A DNA stretch of 64,000 bases, taken from positions 52,948,001-53,012,000 of the forward strand of contig NC_088853.1 in the NCBI RefSeq assembly GCF_963853765.1, read 5' to 3'. Shown here piece by piece: positions 27,941 through 40,839 of this stretch; the first letter of the stretch is position 1; every line of letters starts with the position of its first letter. This DNA is from Magallana gigas (taxonomy: Eukaryota). Both the position numbers and the translations under genes were made by a program. The notes beneath the pieces were generated by a model. The model made no database searches and was not told the origin of the DNA. It saw only the letters and a list, made by a program, of their open reading frames with translations.

Positions 27941-28475
27941 CTATAAGGTGATGTAAGTATGTCTGTGTACTAGAATGAAATGCATGTATGTTTATTTAAT
28001 GGAATTTATGGATCTCTGACAACAACTGTGTCTATATACTGCAAGAACAGTTATATGGGTGTTAAATTAAGGCCATATATAATTAATATTTAGATTCTCA
28101 TCCTGATTTGCAAAAAATATGGGGCCTATGGGCGGATTTTACCCTTTTCACTGTTCATGATCTATAAATAAAACTGTTCTATTCTTTTAAGTTGTTGATA
28201 CTACTTTGAGTACACAAACCCAGTTATAATCTTTTATTTTCATTTTATTTCTACTTAACTGTTAATACATGAAGATATTTGTATCCTTATGATAACAAAC
28301 ATGACTGGAATCCAAACGATTATTCTATATGGTCAAATACCAAATAACTTGCCATTCACCACAGCTTGAATGACTTGTTCAGGTGTAAGTTGACTTTGAC
28401 CTGTTGACAAATTTCTCGAGATTACAATTTTTCAACTGAAGGTTGGTGCGAATACTGTAGCGAAAAGTGCATTCG

Positions 28476-29192
28476 CAGAGTTCCCGAAACGCACCTGTCC
28501 ACCGGGGATCCCCGGTAAAATTTGAATGGGTCCGGTAAAATCTAAATTTAATCGGTCATAATGTCCGATAAATTTTACAGACCAGCACTGTATAAAAAAC
28601 AATTTACGAGACAGAAAGTCTAAAACTGTTGATTATTTTATTTCAGAGATAATTTATAAGTTGAGTATTTCAATAAAATGCAATAAAAAATATTAAAACC
28701 TGCGTTGTTGTTAATCCGGATTTACGTATTTTTTCTTTTACACATGGTAGTCAATAACCTATTTGATCATGATCTCGAAAAAATGTGGCCGATTAAATGG
28801 ACACCGGGGGCAACAAAGAGTACTGCGAAAAGAAAAGTTAATGTAGAAGAAGTAGACTAGAAAGAGCAACATGGTGAACAAGAAAAGAAGAGGGAAAGAA
28901 GATGACAATATGACTATGAGTCTTTAGAGAGTGAAAGTGACATTGAGCAGCCAGAAGAATTAAATAACTATTTGATACACGAAATTGTTCTTGAAATTGA
29001 AAGGGAGTTTGAATGATTTGAGTAAGAAATTGAATAAATTAGTCTGAAACATTTTTAAACAACTCTTTTTATTTTAGATTGCATATTTTTGCATTAGTTT
29101 TAATGTCCAGTAAATTTTACAAATGTCCTGTAAATTTTGAATATTTAGAGGACAATTGTCCGACAGATTTTGGACTGGTTTCGGGAACTCTG
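28476..29192. mobile_element. Non-autonomous hAT-like element with a 6-bp TSD
   Basis: Perfect TIR cagagttcccgaaac / gtttcgggaactctg; flanking direct repeat cattcg (28470-75 and 29193-98); subterminal ccggtaaa/gtccg repeats. Confidence 0.8.
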
Positions 29193-29220
29193 CATTCGCG
29201 CATTTCAACGACATTGTAAC

Positions 29221-29225
<5 letters not shown>

Positions 29226-29260
<35 letters not shown>

Positions 29261-29341
29261 ATTCTGATCACATTTTGTCTGTCGTCCGTCTGTCTGTCTG
29301 TCCCCGTCTGTCTGTAAACTTTTCACATTTTCAACATCTTC

Positions 29342-29377
<36 letters not shown>

Positions 29378-30931
29378 CCAAAGCATCCTTAGCCTCAGGG
29401 AATTCAAAGTGTGAAAATTTTGCAAAGGGAGATAATTAGGAATTTATGAAAATTTTCGAGAAATTTTCAAAAATCTTCTTATGAACCATAAGACCAGGAA
29501 AGCTAAAACTTGTGTGAAAGCATCCTCAGGTAGTGCAGATACAAAATTGTGAAATTCATGACCCCCGGGGGTAGGGTGGGGCCACAATGGGGGGTCGAAG
29601 TTTTACATATGAATATAAAGAGTAATTCTATAAAAATCTTCTTCTCAGAAACAAATCGGCCAGAAAAGCTGAAACTAGTGTGAAATCCTCCTCAGGTAGT
29701 GTAGATTCAATGTTGTGAAAATCATAACCTCCAGGGGTAGGGTGGGGCCACAATGGGTGGTCGAAGTTTTACATAGAAATATATCTTCTTCACATAAACT
29801 GATCAGCCAGGAAAGCTGACACTTGTATGGAAGCATCCTCAGGTAGTACAGATACAAAATTGTGAAAATCATGACCCCCGGGGGAAGGGTGGGGCCACAG
29901 TTGGGGGTTGAAGTTTAACATATGAATATATAGAGTAATTCTTTAAAGATCTTTTTCTCAGACACTAATTAGCCAGGAAAGCTGACACTTGTGTGAGAGC
30001 ATCCTCAGGTAGTGTAGATTCAAAGTTGTGAAAATCATGCCCCCCGGGGGTAGGTTTGGGCCACAGTGGGGGGTTGAAGTTTAACATATGAATATATAGA
30101 GTAAATCTTTAAAAATCTTCTTCTCAGAAACTAATCAGTCAGGAAAGCTGAAACTTGTGTGAAAGCATTCTCAGGTAGTGTAGATACAATGTTGTAAAAA
30201 TCATGACTCCCGGGGGTAGGTTTGGGCCACAATGGGGGGTCGAAGTTTAACATATGAATATAGAGTAAATCTTTAAAAATCTTCTTCTCAGAAACTAATC
30301 AGCCAGGAAAACTGAAACTTGTGTGAAAGCATCCTCAGGTAGTGTAGATACAATGTTGTGTAAAAATCATGACCCCGGGGGTAGGTTTGGGCCACAATGG
30401 GGGGTCGAAGTTTAACATATGAATATAGAGTAAATCTTTAAAAATCTTCTTCTCAGAAACTAATCAGCCAGGAAAGGTGACATTTGTGTGAAAGCATCCT
30501 CAAGAAATGTAGATTCAAAGTTGTGAAAATCATGCCCCTGGGGTGGAGGGTGGGGCCACAATGTGGGGTCGAAGTTTATATAAAGTAAATCTTTAAAAAT
30601 CTTCTTCTCAGAAACTAATCAGCCAGATTATTCTTTATAATTGTTAAGACTTTGGCCCCAGGACAATTCTTTGGCCTCACAAGAAGGTTCAGAGTTTGAT
30701 GTAGGTTTATATCACATATATAAACTATTGTGAAGGATTTTTTTGAGAACTGCAATACTCAACATATGATATGACTATAAAATCATCCTGTTAGAAATGG
30801 GACTTGTTTATAAACATAAGGATATCTAGGGGAAAATGTATTTTATTTATACAGGATCTACATGTATTGTACATTATCTAGATAGTTTGTATTATGACTC
30901 CATTAAGCTGATTTTATCATACCTATTGTTC

Positions 30932-30966
<35 letters not shown>
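29226..30966 (+). mobile_element. Complete HINE (non-autonomous Helentron) carrying a Cg170/HindIII-type satellite array
   Basis: 5' end tttttagctcacctgagctgaaagctcaagtgagc, a (GTCT)n tract, a tandem array, and 3' end ctcaggtgagcgatgtggcccatgggcctcttgtt. Confidence 0.9.
29400..30627 (+). repeat. Tandem array of ~7 monomers of ~166-bp satellite (Cg170/HindIII-like)
   Basis: Marker catcctcagg(tagt) recurs at ~29521, 29687, 29835, 30000, 30167, 30331 and 30497. Confidence 0.92.
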
Positions 30967-30968
<2 letters not shown>

Positions 30969-31352
30969 CCGCTCATTTCGCTCCTTTTGTCAGTTAGCGA
31001 ATTGTTAGCACTTGACAAATTCTAATGTCTCATTTTATCTTTCTTTTACCACACATTGTTGGAGCGAATTGAAGACAAGGCAAAACTATAAGTACAAGCA
31101 AAAATATTACGTGGCGAAAATAATACACTACATACTAGTGGCAAAGCATGTAAACTGGAACCGATGAATCTTGCATTGATAGTAAAACGTTGCAAGATAA
31201 CATAGTCACCTTGAGCAACATTCTCATGGTCGTACAACAAATTTATTAAAACAATTTAATAAGAATATGTGCTTTTATGTACCATTAAAACTTAGGGTCC
31301 TGTCCAGATTTATCTATGACTGTAAACCACTGGCTACGGAAGCGTATTAGTG

Positions 31353-31355
<3 letters not shown>

Positions 31356-31410
<55 letters not shown>
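31356..31410. repeat. (AT)n microsatellite
   Basis: Direct reading. Confidence 0.95.
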
Positions 31411-31434
<24 letters not shown>

Positions 31435-32403
31435 AAATTCCAACTTTATAGTTGGAGTTTCAAACTTTAATCTTGGAATTTCCACCTTTAATTTTGGAAT
31501 TTATGAATTCAAAACAATTAGTAAATGAGACAAAAAAGATTAATGAGATACAAAAAGAACATGGTATGAGTTAATAAAAAGTTTAAAGGTCCAGTTGCTG
31601 ATGAAAACACCCTAAATAAGGTCACGTGCTAAGAGTTACAATGAGAAAGCCGAGAGTGGACATGTTGACAATGCTACTAAAAAAAACTTAATATATGGTT
31701 ATTCTGAAGCTTGTGCCGATGTCCAGCTTACCGTGTCAGTATTGCTGGCCGCGAGAACTTGCCAGTCGGGACCATCGATGTGTGCAGATGATCGGACCGA
31801 CGTTAGCGTCCAACATTCAGGACATACGCGTTTATGCATGTGAAGTCCGAATGCTTAGGATAAACTTAAAAGGTCCGTCAAGGAATAGAATGTACATTTT
31901 CTGAGGTAAACAGATACAGAAAGAAGACTTGTTTCTTGAAGGTTTTACAACATTAAATTTGAATATAAATCTTTTGTTATTTACACTTTCATCCTTCTTA
32001 AAAAGTGTTGCTTGTGAACTTGTGAAAGTGAGGGTTGAGGATCCCAGTAGAGATTGGGATGTTGATCCTAGTATTGATTGGGATGGGCGTTATGCGCCCC
32101 CTGGTGATGTGTTTGTTGATAGTCCAGCTAAGTGATGTGGACGGAGCCGGCCCACTAGTGAGTGTGGGCCGAGTCCCTTGAAAGAAAACGGAGGGGAATG
32201 TAGTGTTTGTCGACTCCTTTGGTGGACGACTTGACCATGATGACGGGCTGTGACGTCACCTCGCAGGAGCCCGTGGTGAAACCCCATCACTTAGACGGAA
32301 AGCCTGGACCGAGCCAGTAGTTCTAAGAGAGTCAGAGACCAAGCTATGAATCGGTAAGTTCAGGGGAACCCATATTCAATAATATAAGTGTAAAAACACT
32401 ATA

Positions 32404-32439
32404 TTGTCGCCCAACGTGGGACCCGAACCCACGACCCCG
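32404..32439 (+). other. Sequence complementary to the 3' half of tRNA-Lys(CTT): primer-binding-site-like, or a tRNA fragment
   Basis: tgtcgcccaacgtgggacccgaacccacgaccccga matches the reverse complement of the animal tRNA-Lys(CTT) 3' end (tggcgcccaacgtggggctcgaacccacgaccctga) at 32/36. Confidence 0.6.
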
Positions 32440-33123
32440 ACTACAAATTATAAAATACATAATTTTAAAATATTGTGAACTTTTCATTTTCATAACATTC
32501 AATCAACAATTTAAAAAAGTTTTTAAATTAATTGTTTTTAAACTTAGATCACACCCTCGATTTCAAAACACCAGTAGAAATCATTGATATGTTCCAAAGG
32601 ATTTGTCAATGAAGATTTCTAAATTCCAATTATATTGTATATTAGTTTCTTGAAGGAGAATGGTAAACGCAAAAGGATGGCCTTACCAGAGCTAGTTTCA
32701 TTCCAAAAGATTTGGCTGAAAGAGAGGTGCAAGTATTTTGTTGGTTAATTTCACATTTTTGCTCTACTCATGTTCAAAAATAAATGTAATGCTGAATTGA
32801 AAAAGGTGATAAACTCATTATCATATGCTAAGAAATAATCTCTGTGTTTTTTGTAACCAGATGATGAAGCGTATGCCAAACAGTGGTGTTTTTGTTTTTC
32901 CTGGTGTTTGTTTTTTCCAAAAGACATCAGGTTAGCTGGAAAGAAGGGAATTGGAACGGCATTTCCTCGATACCTAATGTCTGTTTTTTACACAAATCAA
33001 GAGTTGGTCACGAGGGGCAATCTCATGTGAATGAATGGAGAGGACGGTGTAAACCAACAGATAGTGAACACCATCATTGAAATGTATCTGTTCACTCTCT
33101 CTTTCCCAAATTTGTTATTTACC

Positions 33124-33190
33124 TGCGTAGAGCAATGGGTTGGAGAGTTCACTACGGACCTGTAAGTCATGAGTTCGAATCCCCCTGGGA
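33124..33190 (+). mobile_element. tRNA-derived SINE head or tRNA pseudogene
   Basis: A-box-like tagagcaatggg and B-box gagttcgaatccc at tRNA-like spacing; no complete cloverleaf. Confidence 0.5.
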
Positions 33191-33548
33191 TTTTAAAATG
33201 TTTACTGTTCCAACAATTTAAAAGCTTATTTATCGTTTAATATAATGAGATTTGAAACTTCTAAACCAGTTAAAGTATTTTAAAGCAATACAAGCTGCCA
33301 AAATTATTATTTTGGTGTCCATAAAATTCAATCGAGAATTTGATAAAATGTTTCTTATACATTATCTTATCAATTAAACTTAAGTTATGATGTATTTTAT
33401 GCATTAAAATTAAAAATTGTTAGACAATATGAAATTAGGTCTTCCCGTACTTTATTTCTCCGACATAATTTCCGTATGCAATGACCTTTGAGTTGAACTC
33501 ATTCGGCAAATCAAATGCGCAAGCGCATATTTCCGGTAAACAGAAAAG

Positions 33549-33749
33549 ATGTCGGACACGACAGGTTTGAAGCGAGGTAGAAAGCCGACTTTGACTGATT
33601 CGGGAAGAAAAAGACGACGGACGGAAATAAATGCAAAAAATAATAAGAACAGAATTTACATCGGTAACCAGTACGATCACTGGATGGAAGTAAAGTGTGC
33701 GCTTCGTCTTCAATCTAACGCTGAAGTGGCAAAGATACTGCTTGATAAG
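33549..33749 (+). pseudogene. Isolated first exon of a transposon-associated accessory-type gene (RIYIG..W..K..L.SNAEVA..LLD)
   Basis: ORF 33549-33752 ends at a GTAAGT donor; basic N-terminus; no downstream exons recognised. Confidence 0.35.
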
Positions 33750-34588
33750 TAAGTTTGATCGTTGTCTTTACACTGATATTTTGTCATTATTTCTATCTTA
33801 ATCGTATTTCGTGGTACACAGCAAGTAAATGAATATTTCAAGTCCAGACGTTAACAATAAACCAAGAAGAATTCCGCGTTGTGCATTTTTGGGTGCAGTT
33901 CAATCTTTAAACTATGAGGCCCTCGGAGGGATAATCATGGTACATGGTAAACGGAATATTGTCATTTCATACTTTGCTATGAGGATTAAGCTATTGATCC
34001 ACATGTAACATTATTTTTAAAACATCAAGAAACGAATTTCAAAATAAACTTATAGAAATGAAAATTAATATGTTCTTATAATTTTATTTACTATACACGA
34101 AGGCCTAGCCTATACGTATGAAGACATACACCATTATTGATAAACGTGTAATTTGAAACGAATTTATTTGTTGTTTAAATTACTATATTACATAGAACTG
34201 ATAGCATAAATCAGAATATGTTACGAAAAATTATCATGATAGTATGATTAAAAAAAATTAATACAGGCAGTGTTGACGTTTCAGTTTATGAAGAAAAAAA
34301 AAGGGTTTGCACGTTTATAAATGTCAAATTTTACCGTTAAATTTTACAAAGGTTTGAACAACCAACCAGCCCTGCACCTACTCATGAAATTTCTGGGAAG
34401 ACTTCCAACAACTTGATAACATCAACCCCTGGGCCAATTAAATCTACAATAATGATCAAGCCTCTCCATTTATCTGGTGTGTCTGAAATATCGTCATCAG
34501 AAAGCGAACTTGGAAGAAACTCTGTGTAAGTCCTAAAATATGTCATACTCAAATTAGGTAGGAGGGAGATGACAGTATACTTATATAA

Positions 34589-34825
34589 CATAGGCGTCAG
34601 AACGGTTGAATCCCCCCCCCCCTTTTTTTTTTGCAAAGTTAGACCTAACCATCAGGCACATACATGTAGCATTATGGAGGGACCAGCCCGCCGCCCCCCC
34701 CCCCCCCCCCCTTTAATGCAACAAACATTTATGATTTTGTGACATACTAGAAGCCATTTTATTTTTTATTGCTCGTCAGTATTTCTAATGATTAGTCTAG
34801 CCCCCTCAGCTTCTGACGCCACTGT
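34589..34825. mobile_element. Small hAT-like MITE with poly-C tracts
   Basis: Inverted ends ggcgtcagaa / ttctgacgcc, ending in cactg. Confidence 0.45.
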
Positions 34826-37800
34826 ATAATCTGTACAGATATGGTGTGAATTACCATTCATGAAAAAATTAATGCATTATTTGAACTTTTAAAATGAAAA
34901 TTTAAAAATGACATCCTTATTCAGCACTTCGGTTTTATTGATCAAAGCACTTGTACAAATTCTAATTACTTGTGATCATTTTAGAATCATGTTAATTAAA
35001 ATTTTCAGGGATGAGACCCATATGTCTGGGATAGAGGAAATATGTAAAAAAAAAAAGGAGAGTCTTTGGTGGAAAATACACAAAGCAGCTTTATAAATCC
35101 ATTTGAGTAAGCATGAAAATAAACTATGATTAGTTTGAAATCCTTGGTTAAATTAATTGTTTACTTTTTGTTTGATTTCAAACGTACCGGTACATTTTTG
35201 AAATTGGAAAAGGTGTTAATAAATAAAAAATTATATGCTGGATAAAATTAAGGCATGTTGATTGTTTTGGTAGTTCCTAAATAACTTACTGCGTTATTTA
35301 TGTTTTAATGAGAGACACAGGTGATAGGGCTTAGTTTATTTAATCAGACTTCTAATCATGGTTTTTTTGTATTGTGTACAGCCTTACCATTTCTGAGGGT
35401 AATCATGAATCAGAAGATGACGATAATTATTCTTATGCAGACTTTTTTGTTTTGATTTGACTTATAGGTAATGGTAGTTGGTGGGGTTTTTTTACCATTG
35501 ACTTCACATAATGAATTTTTTTAATTAGTTTTCATCTAAAATTCGCTTTAGCAAAAGAAATGTTGACAAATTGGTGTTGGGACAGCCTATAGTCTGGGAC
35601 AGCTAGACTACTCAGCTATGTTAAGGGCGTCCATACAAAAATAGCGATATTTATCACATAAAATGTTAGCCTTTGAACAATCTTAGTATTCTACTCCAAA
35701 CATTTGTTAAACAAAGTGATATTTTATCGATTATACAATTTAAATAATTTGTTATCGGATGAGCAATTTTTGAGTCTCTTGGGAATACCCTGTCACGTGA
35801 TACTGCTAAAAATAGATGAACCAGGAATAATACGAAAAAATGCAAAGTGCAGGGGCATAACATAAACAAATCTGTTTCTAACTTGTAAAATGAACCTTCA
35901 AAATTTCGAAAAGTGCTGGGAGCTTAAACTATTCAAGTAAGAACAATTATTAAATTCAATGTAAACTGTGTATGAACAGCAATTTACTGGGATTTCCCGC
36001 AATTAACGCTTATTTATATGAAATGCGTAGCGACTTCATACAGCTCCCAGCACTTCTTGATATAATAGGGATACAATTGTAATACATGGAAATTTTCAAT
36101 ATATTTGATCAAATGTATGCCCTTGCACTACTGCATTTTATCTGACCCACTTTACTTTCAGCGTCATTCGCGTGAAATTCAAACGCAACACTGACTAAGA
36201 TCATGATTTTAATTTTTATTCTTAAAATAATTTAACGCTGTGAATTTCACTAAAATAATGTTAAAATGTTGTTTCTGTTCACACCAATCATCATTATAAA
36301 ATTGTTGAAATTGGAAAAAAATAATTCCATCAGTTGCCTTTATTGGGGGGGGGGGGGGGGGGGTGTAAGTGTTGAGTTTGTAATTTACACATTTATGTTT
36401 CATAATAATTTATGTCACTATGCTAGTGAATAAATTCTTTTAATGTATTATCAGATTTACTTTTAATCATAATTGATATTTTAGTACTAATTAAAGATAG
36501 CAAGAAGAAACAATATATCAATATTATCAAGAATTTATTTTGATAATCAACTTTACAAATACTATAGATTGCTTTTCTGTGACAAACTGTTCAACAAGAT
36601 TAGTGTTTTCTGATTTTTAGTATTTTTCTGTCATAATGTGTAATTTATGGAAATTGACAACTCTTCTTGCACACTACATGTTCTTCTCTTCTGTCTTTTT
36701 GATATTAGGAGGTAGTCCAGTTGATAAGAAAACCAATACCTGAAATGATGAATATATATCAATTTCAAATTTCATTTCAATAAATATCAATGCAAATTAT
36801 TATAATAGGTTACATAAGTATCATTATCAATATGATATTAAAAAACAACAAACTATGCATGAAGTTGAAGTTAGTGAGTAAAAGAAATATTTATATACAT
36901 TTGTAGTACCTACTTTTAATCAACATCCCAAGAATTAAGTGTTTTCAGTGGACCATCTACTGCCTAAGTAACCCTGAAAATGAATAATGTGTCATAATTA
37001 GCAAACTATTGTGTTAAAGATAGCATGAAAATGAAACATTACACTATTATTGGACATATTAATGGCGGTTTCAATTTCAGTGATATTACAACAGGCATAA
37101 TCAAATGTTTACTTTTCAAAATGTGTGGAAATTCAGTTTGAACACACTTTAATTTTGTCTTAAATAATATTAATTAGATTTTCATAAAAGAAGGCTGAAT
37201 AAAATAATACATTTCCATTTACTTAAACAACTTTACAATCTTGTCTAATATGTAAACGGTGTGACCGTTGGACCGAGCGCAGATTTAACACAGTGCAGTT
37301 TGATTTTTGTATAATAAAATCTATTTAAAACGCACACAGTAGGATTCGCCAGCATATGGTTGCCTACTCAAATCATTCGTCAAAGTTAAACTAAACGTCG
37401 CGTGCTCAGTCTACATTATGACGTCATATTTCAGACGTAAAACGTTCAAGTTTTGTCTTCGGAAATAGCCGAAGAGAGTTACGTGATTCCGATTTTTTTT
37501 TTATTTCTTCTTTCATTGTTCGTCAATTTAATTCATATGAATGCCAATGTAATAAAATTGAATACTTTATTCAGTATCTAAAAGATCAGGTCCTTGACGT
37601 TGATGTTTTATTTTCCATCTGATAATTTGATAAGACATACATAGAACAAGTCGTGTGTCTTGGTTGAAGCACTATTGAAACTTATCTGGATTCCTTTTTA
37701 ATTTCTTTTAATTCAAATTACCTTCTTTTGAAACACTGGAACTTATTTAATCGAGTTTAGGGGCAATAAATATCGATAAGTACCAGTCAATCAATGATCG

Positions 37801-38682
37801 AACTAACTTTTTAAAAACAAAATGGCTGCCAACATGGCGGCGCCCAGGGTTGGAAGAAATTTTTTTTGGCCTTAGTACCCCTGATTCAACTTTCATTTTT
37901 CACTGATTTTCTTACCATTAATCCTCGCTTCGCGAGGCGCTCGCTGCGCTCGGTATAATCATTCCAGATCCTCACAGTAATCTTTGTAGTGCTAGCACAT
38001 ACAGTGTTTGGCCATGGCCTTTTTATTGTGTACTTTGAACATGGAGGAAATGCGATCTAATATTATCGCGATATGAGACCAGTAAAAAGCTACAATGAGC
38101 TTCAATGCTCTTTATGATCAAAACTAGCAAAACGTAGAACAATTACTTTGCCTGACTGAGTCACCAAACTGATATTTGAACACAATATTACATGAAAAAC
38201 AAATGTATACAAAATCGAAGCCGAGGAATTTCACCTCGTTTCCGTTCCATCCAACGATATTAAATAATATAAAACAATATCTAGGGGAAGTACAGATAAA
38301 TCCTACCTTGTTCAGTTGAATCCTATGCCGATTTCTGTCCACGCTGGTTGTAAACGAGTTAAATTCCGAGATATATCACTGAAGTCCACATGTTTATTCT
38401 GATCACAGCTGCAAGCGTCGATATGACGTAGTCAGCCTCGACACGTCATCAGACGACTTAGGAATTTCATGATTTCGCGAGATATAAGAATAGTTTATGA
38501 TTTTATTTCAGTACACCTTTCTTGAACCATTCAAACCCAATAATTAATCATATTCATTTTGGTAGATGTTTGTTAATTACCGAAATACCCATATCTCGTG
38601 AATTCTCATGAATAAGGGGCGGGGCTTATGCAAATCTTTCTAAATCACACGTGGTAGAATTCTTAGACCTTCCTTAACATAC

Positions 38683-39068
38683 CTGAGTGTAGGTCTTAAC
38701 CTCAATCACTTTACGAATTAAGGGAATGTCCGTATGGTATCTGGTCACATGGACCACACTGACCGAAACAGAACTCATCTTTAATAATTCCAACAGAATC
38801 TAGCAAACGAATGAGAGCTTGACGGTAATGCGCTGCAATTTATCAACTTGGTACCTAAATGACCGCTGTTGCCTAGTTTCGGCAGTTAGATATGACGTCA
38901 TTTTCAGTTATGACGTCAGAATCTTGTACTTGAGTCCGCGCTAAGAGTTAAGCTAGGCTCTTCTAGCCAGGCTACCATGACAAACGGGTTTAAGCAATGC
39001 TTACTTCATATAGAGTCTTATAGAGTGCAAAACATTTATTCGTTTTTTTTAATGGTAGAAATAAAAAA
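38683..39068 (-). promoter_or_regulatory. Diverged inverted copy of the viral RING-gene promoter (two CRE palindromes, TATA-like, Inr) plus its coding start
   Basis: Reverse complement aligns with 59510-59830. TGACGTCA at 38893-38900 and 38911-38918. ATG 38778 encodes MSSVSVSVVHVTRYHTDIPLIRKVIEVKTYTQ, followed by a GTATGT donor. Confidence 0.8.
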
Positions 39069-39121
39069 ACAAAAACAAGGGCACCGCTAAGCGGAGCATC
39101 CCCTCGCGTCATGAGTTATTG

Positions 39122-39997
39122 TGTAATAAGACTGGTACCCCAAGAGGGGGATAAACCCTGCTCCTGGGACAGTCGGGTACGGGGGTGACTACCAATTATC
39201 CCTAATTGCTGATTAGTAGTCAGCAAAAAAAATGAAGTCAACAAAGATCAAAGTTTTAAATTGATAACAAATTTATTTGCAAAAGATGAATGTAGATGAG
39301 AAACTGGTACCTCCAGTTAAACAAATCAATGAAAAATATGTATGAAAATGACAAAAATTAACCATGAAAATATTATAAATTTTACTTTAGAGTTTAAATA
39401 AGAAACATGAACATTTTCCTACACGTTTTTATTATAATTTAAATCGGGCTCGAAATTCAAAATATTAAAATAAACTATGGCGCCTAGTCTGAAGAAGATA
39501 CACTTCTGAGAGAAAAGAGTTAGCTTTTATTGAACACTGCCTTACCATCATTTATACCGAAGTCGGTATAAAGTGCTTCGAACGGGAAGATGAGCTTACC
39601 CGAGAAGTAGGCTGTTATAAGCAGTGGACGCAAGGCGAGCAGTCCGCCGAACTACTCGAAACACGCCTTTATATAGTGTGAGTACACAAAAGAAACGATC
39701 AGCCAACCATGAAATGTAACCATACCCCTTATTGGATAAAATTACAGGTGATAAACTTATCAGGTAAACCCTAGTGAAATACGTTTTGAAATAGGGACCA
39801 ATATGGCTGACCTGTATAAACAAAATAGCACTTGAACCGTAATGTAAGTGTAAAATAGCTTATTACAAGAATTGAAGTTACTATTTAAGTATCTTATATT
39901 GAATCTTATATTGAATTATCCCTAGCTTAGTTAATTGTTTATGCAATTTATGATTTTTAATAAAATAAACATATGGTATAGGATGAGTTTTATCACA
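39122..39997 (-). mobile_element. Probable 3' LTR of an LTR retrotransposon
   Basis: On the minus strand a polypurine tract ggggggaggaa (40008-39998) abuts TGTGATAAAAC. A TATATAAAG (~39670) and an AATAAA (~39275) follow, and it ends CTTATTACA at 39122. No second LTR is visible, so the left end is inferred. Confidence 0.5.
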
Positions 39998-40089
39998 TTC
40001 CTCCCCCCTTCAGACAAAAACAATATATTTATTTTGTCAAAACAAAACATAATTTAAAACTCTTAATAAAAAGTCAATCTATGAGCAAT

Positions 40090-40634
40090 TCATCGTAATA
40101 GCCTCAAACCTTGTGCATTGCCATTTACATCGAACACCATCACTTTATCACGATTCACAGTTGCGTTTGTTCTGGTAGCCCTTTCTTCATCAAACAGGGG
40201 ATTTCTCTCACACTCCTTTAGCAATCGTTTTCTCTTTTCTTTTTCCTCTTCTCTCTTTCTTGACCTTTTCTCTGTCTGTGTCATTTTCCTCTGAAGGGGT
40301 GTGTCTCCAGGTGAAATATAGGAACGGTTCTGTACCATGATGTCTACCAATAGACCGTCCACATTATTCTCTCGATGAGTGGCGCTTATGTGTTTTCTGG
40401 CTGATGCTTTTGTTCTAAAACATTTCTTGCACGATTTGCATTTGGCTAACTTTCTCTTCTCATGTGGATATCTATCCAGTGGTCAAGGAGTTGGCCGTAT
40501 CTCCTGAAGTGAGTACTGTTTGGACACTCCTCCACTGGACATGTCATTCCAAGGGGAGGGAAAAATGGACGCTGCTTCTCCTCAAAAGTCTTCAATTCAC
40601 TTTGGAATTCATTCAAGTCGAATTCAAACTTCAT
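40090..40634 (-). pseudogene. Two-C2H2-finger protein upstream of the PPT, frameshifted
   Basis: CPVEECPNSTHFRRYGQLLDHWIDIH, then in a shifted frame KCKSCKKCFRTKASARKHISATH…NRSYISPG and a basic coiled tail. Confidence 0.55.
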
Positions 40635-40839
40635 GGCTAAAAATAATATATATAATCAAATATCGATGTCTTAGAACAATCGAATTTATATTTGATTCTT
40701 ATTTTTAATATTGATTAAATCTCTTTATTTACAACATATAAATATCTAAAATTTATCGGGGTTAAACATTTTATTTTTCCGGAAATTTTTATTCAGCGTT
40801 CTGGGTTTAAAAAATAACGAAAAGTTCATGGTGAAAATA

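Noticed and set aside
29400-30627. Regular repeat array resembling a CRISPR
   Set aside because: Whole ~166-bp monomers repeat with no unique spacers; the context is eukaryotic and there are no cas genes. It is satellite DNA.
31285-31528. IYIYIY ORFs here and at 26684-26872
   Set aside because: Translations of (AT)n microsatellites.
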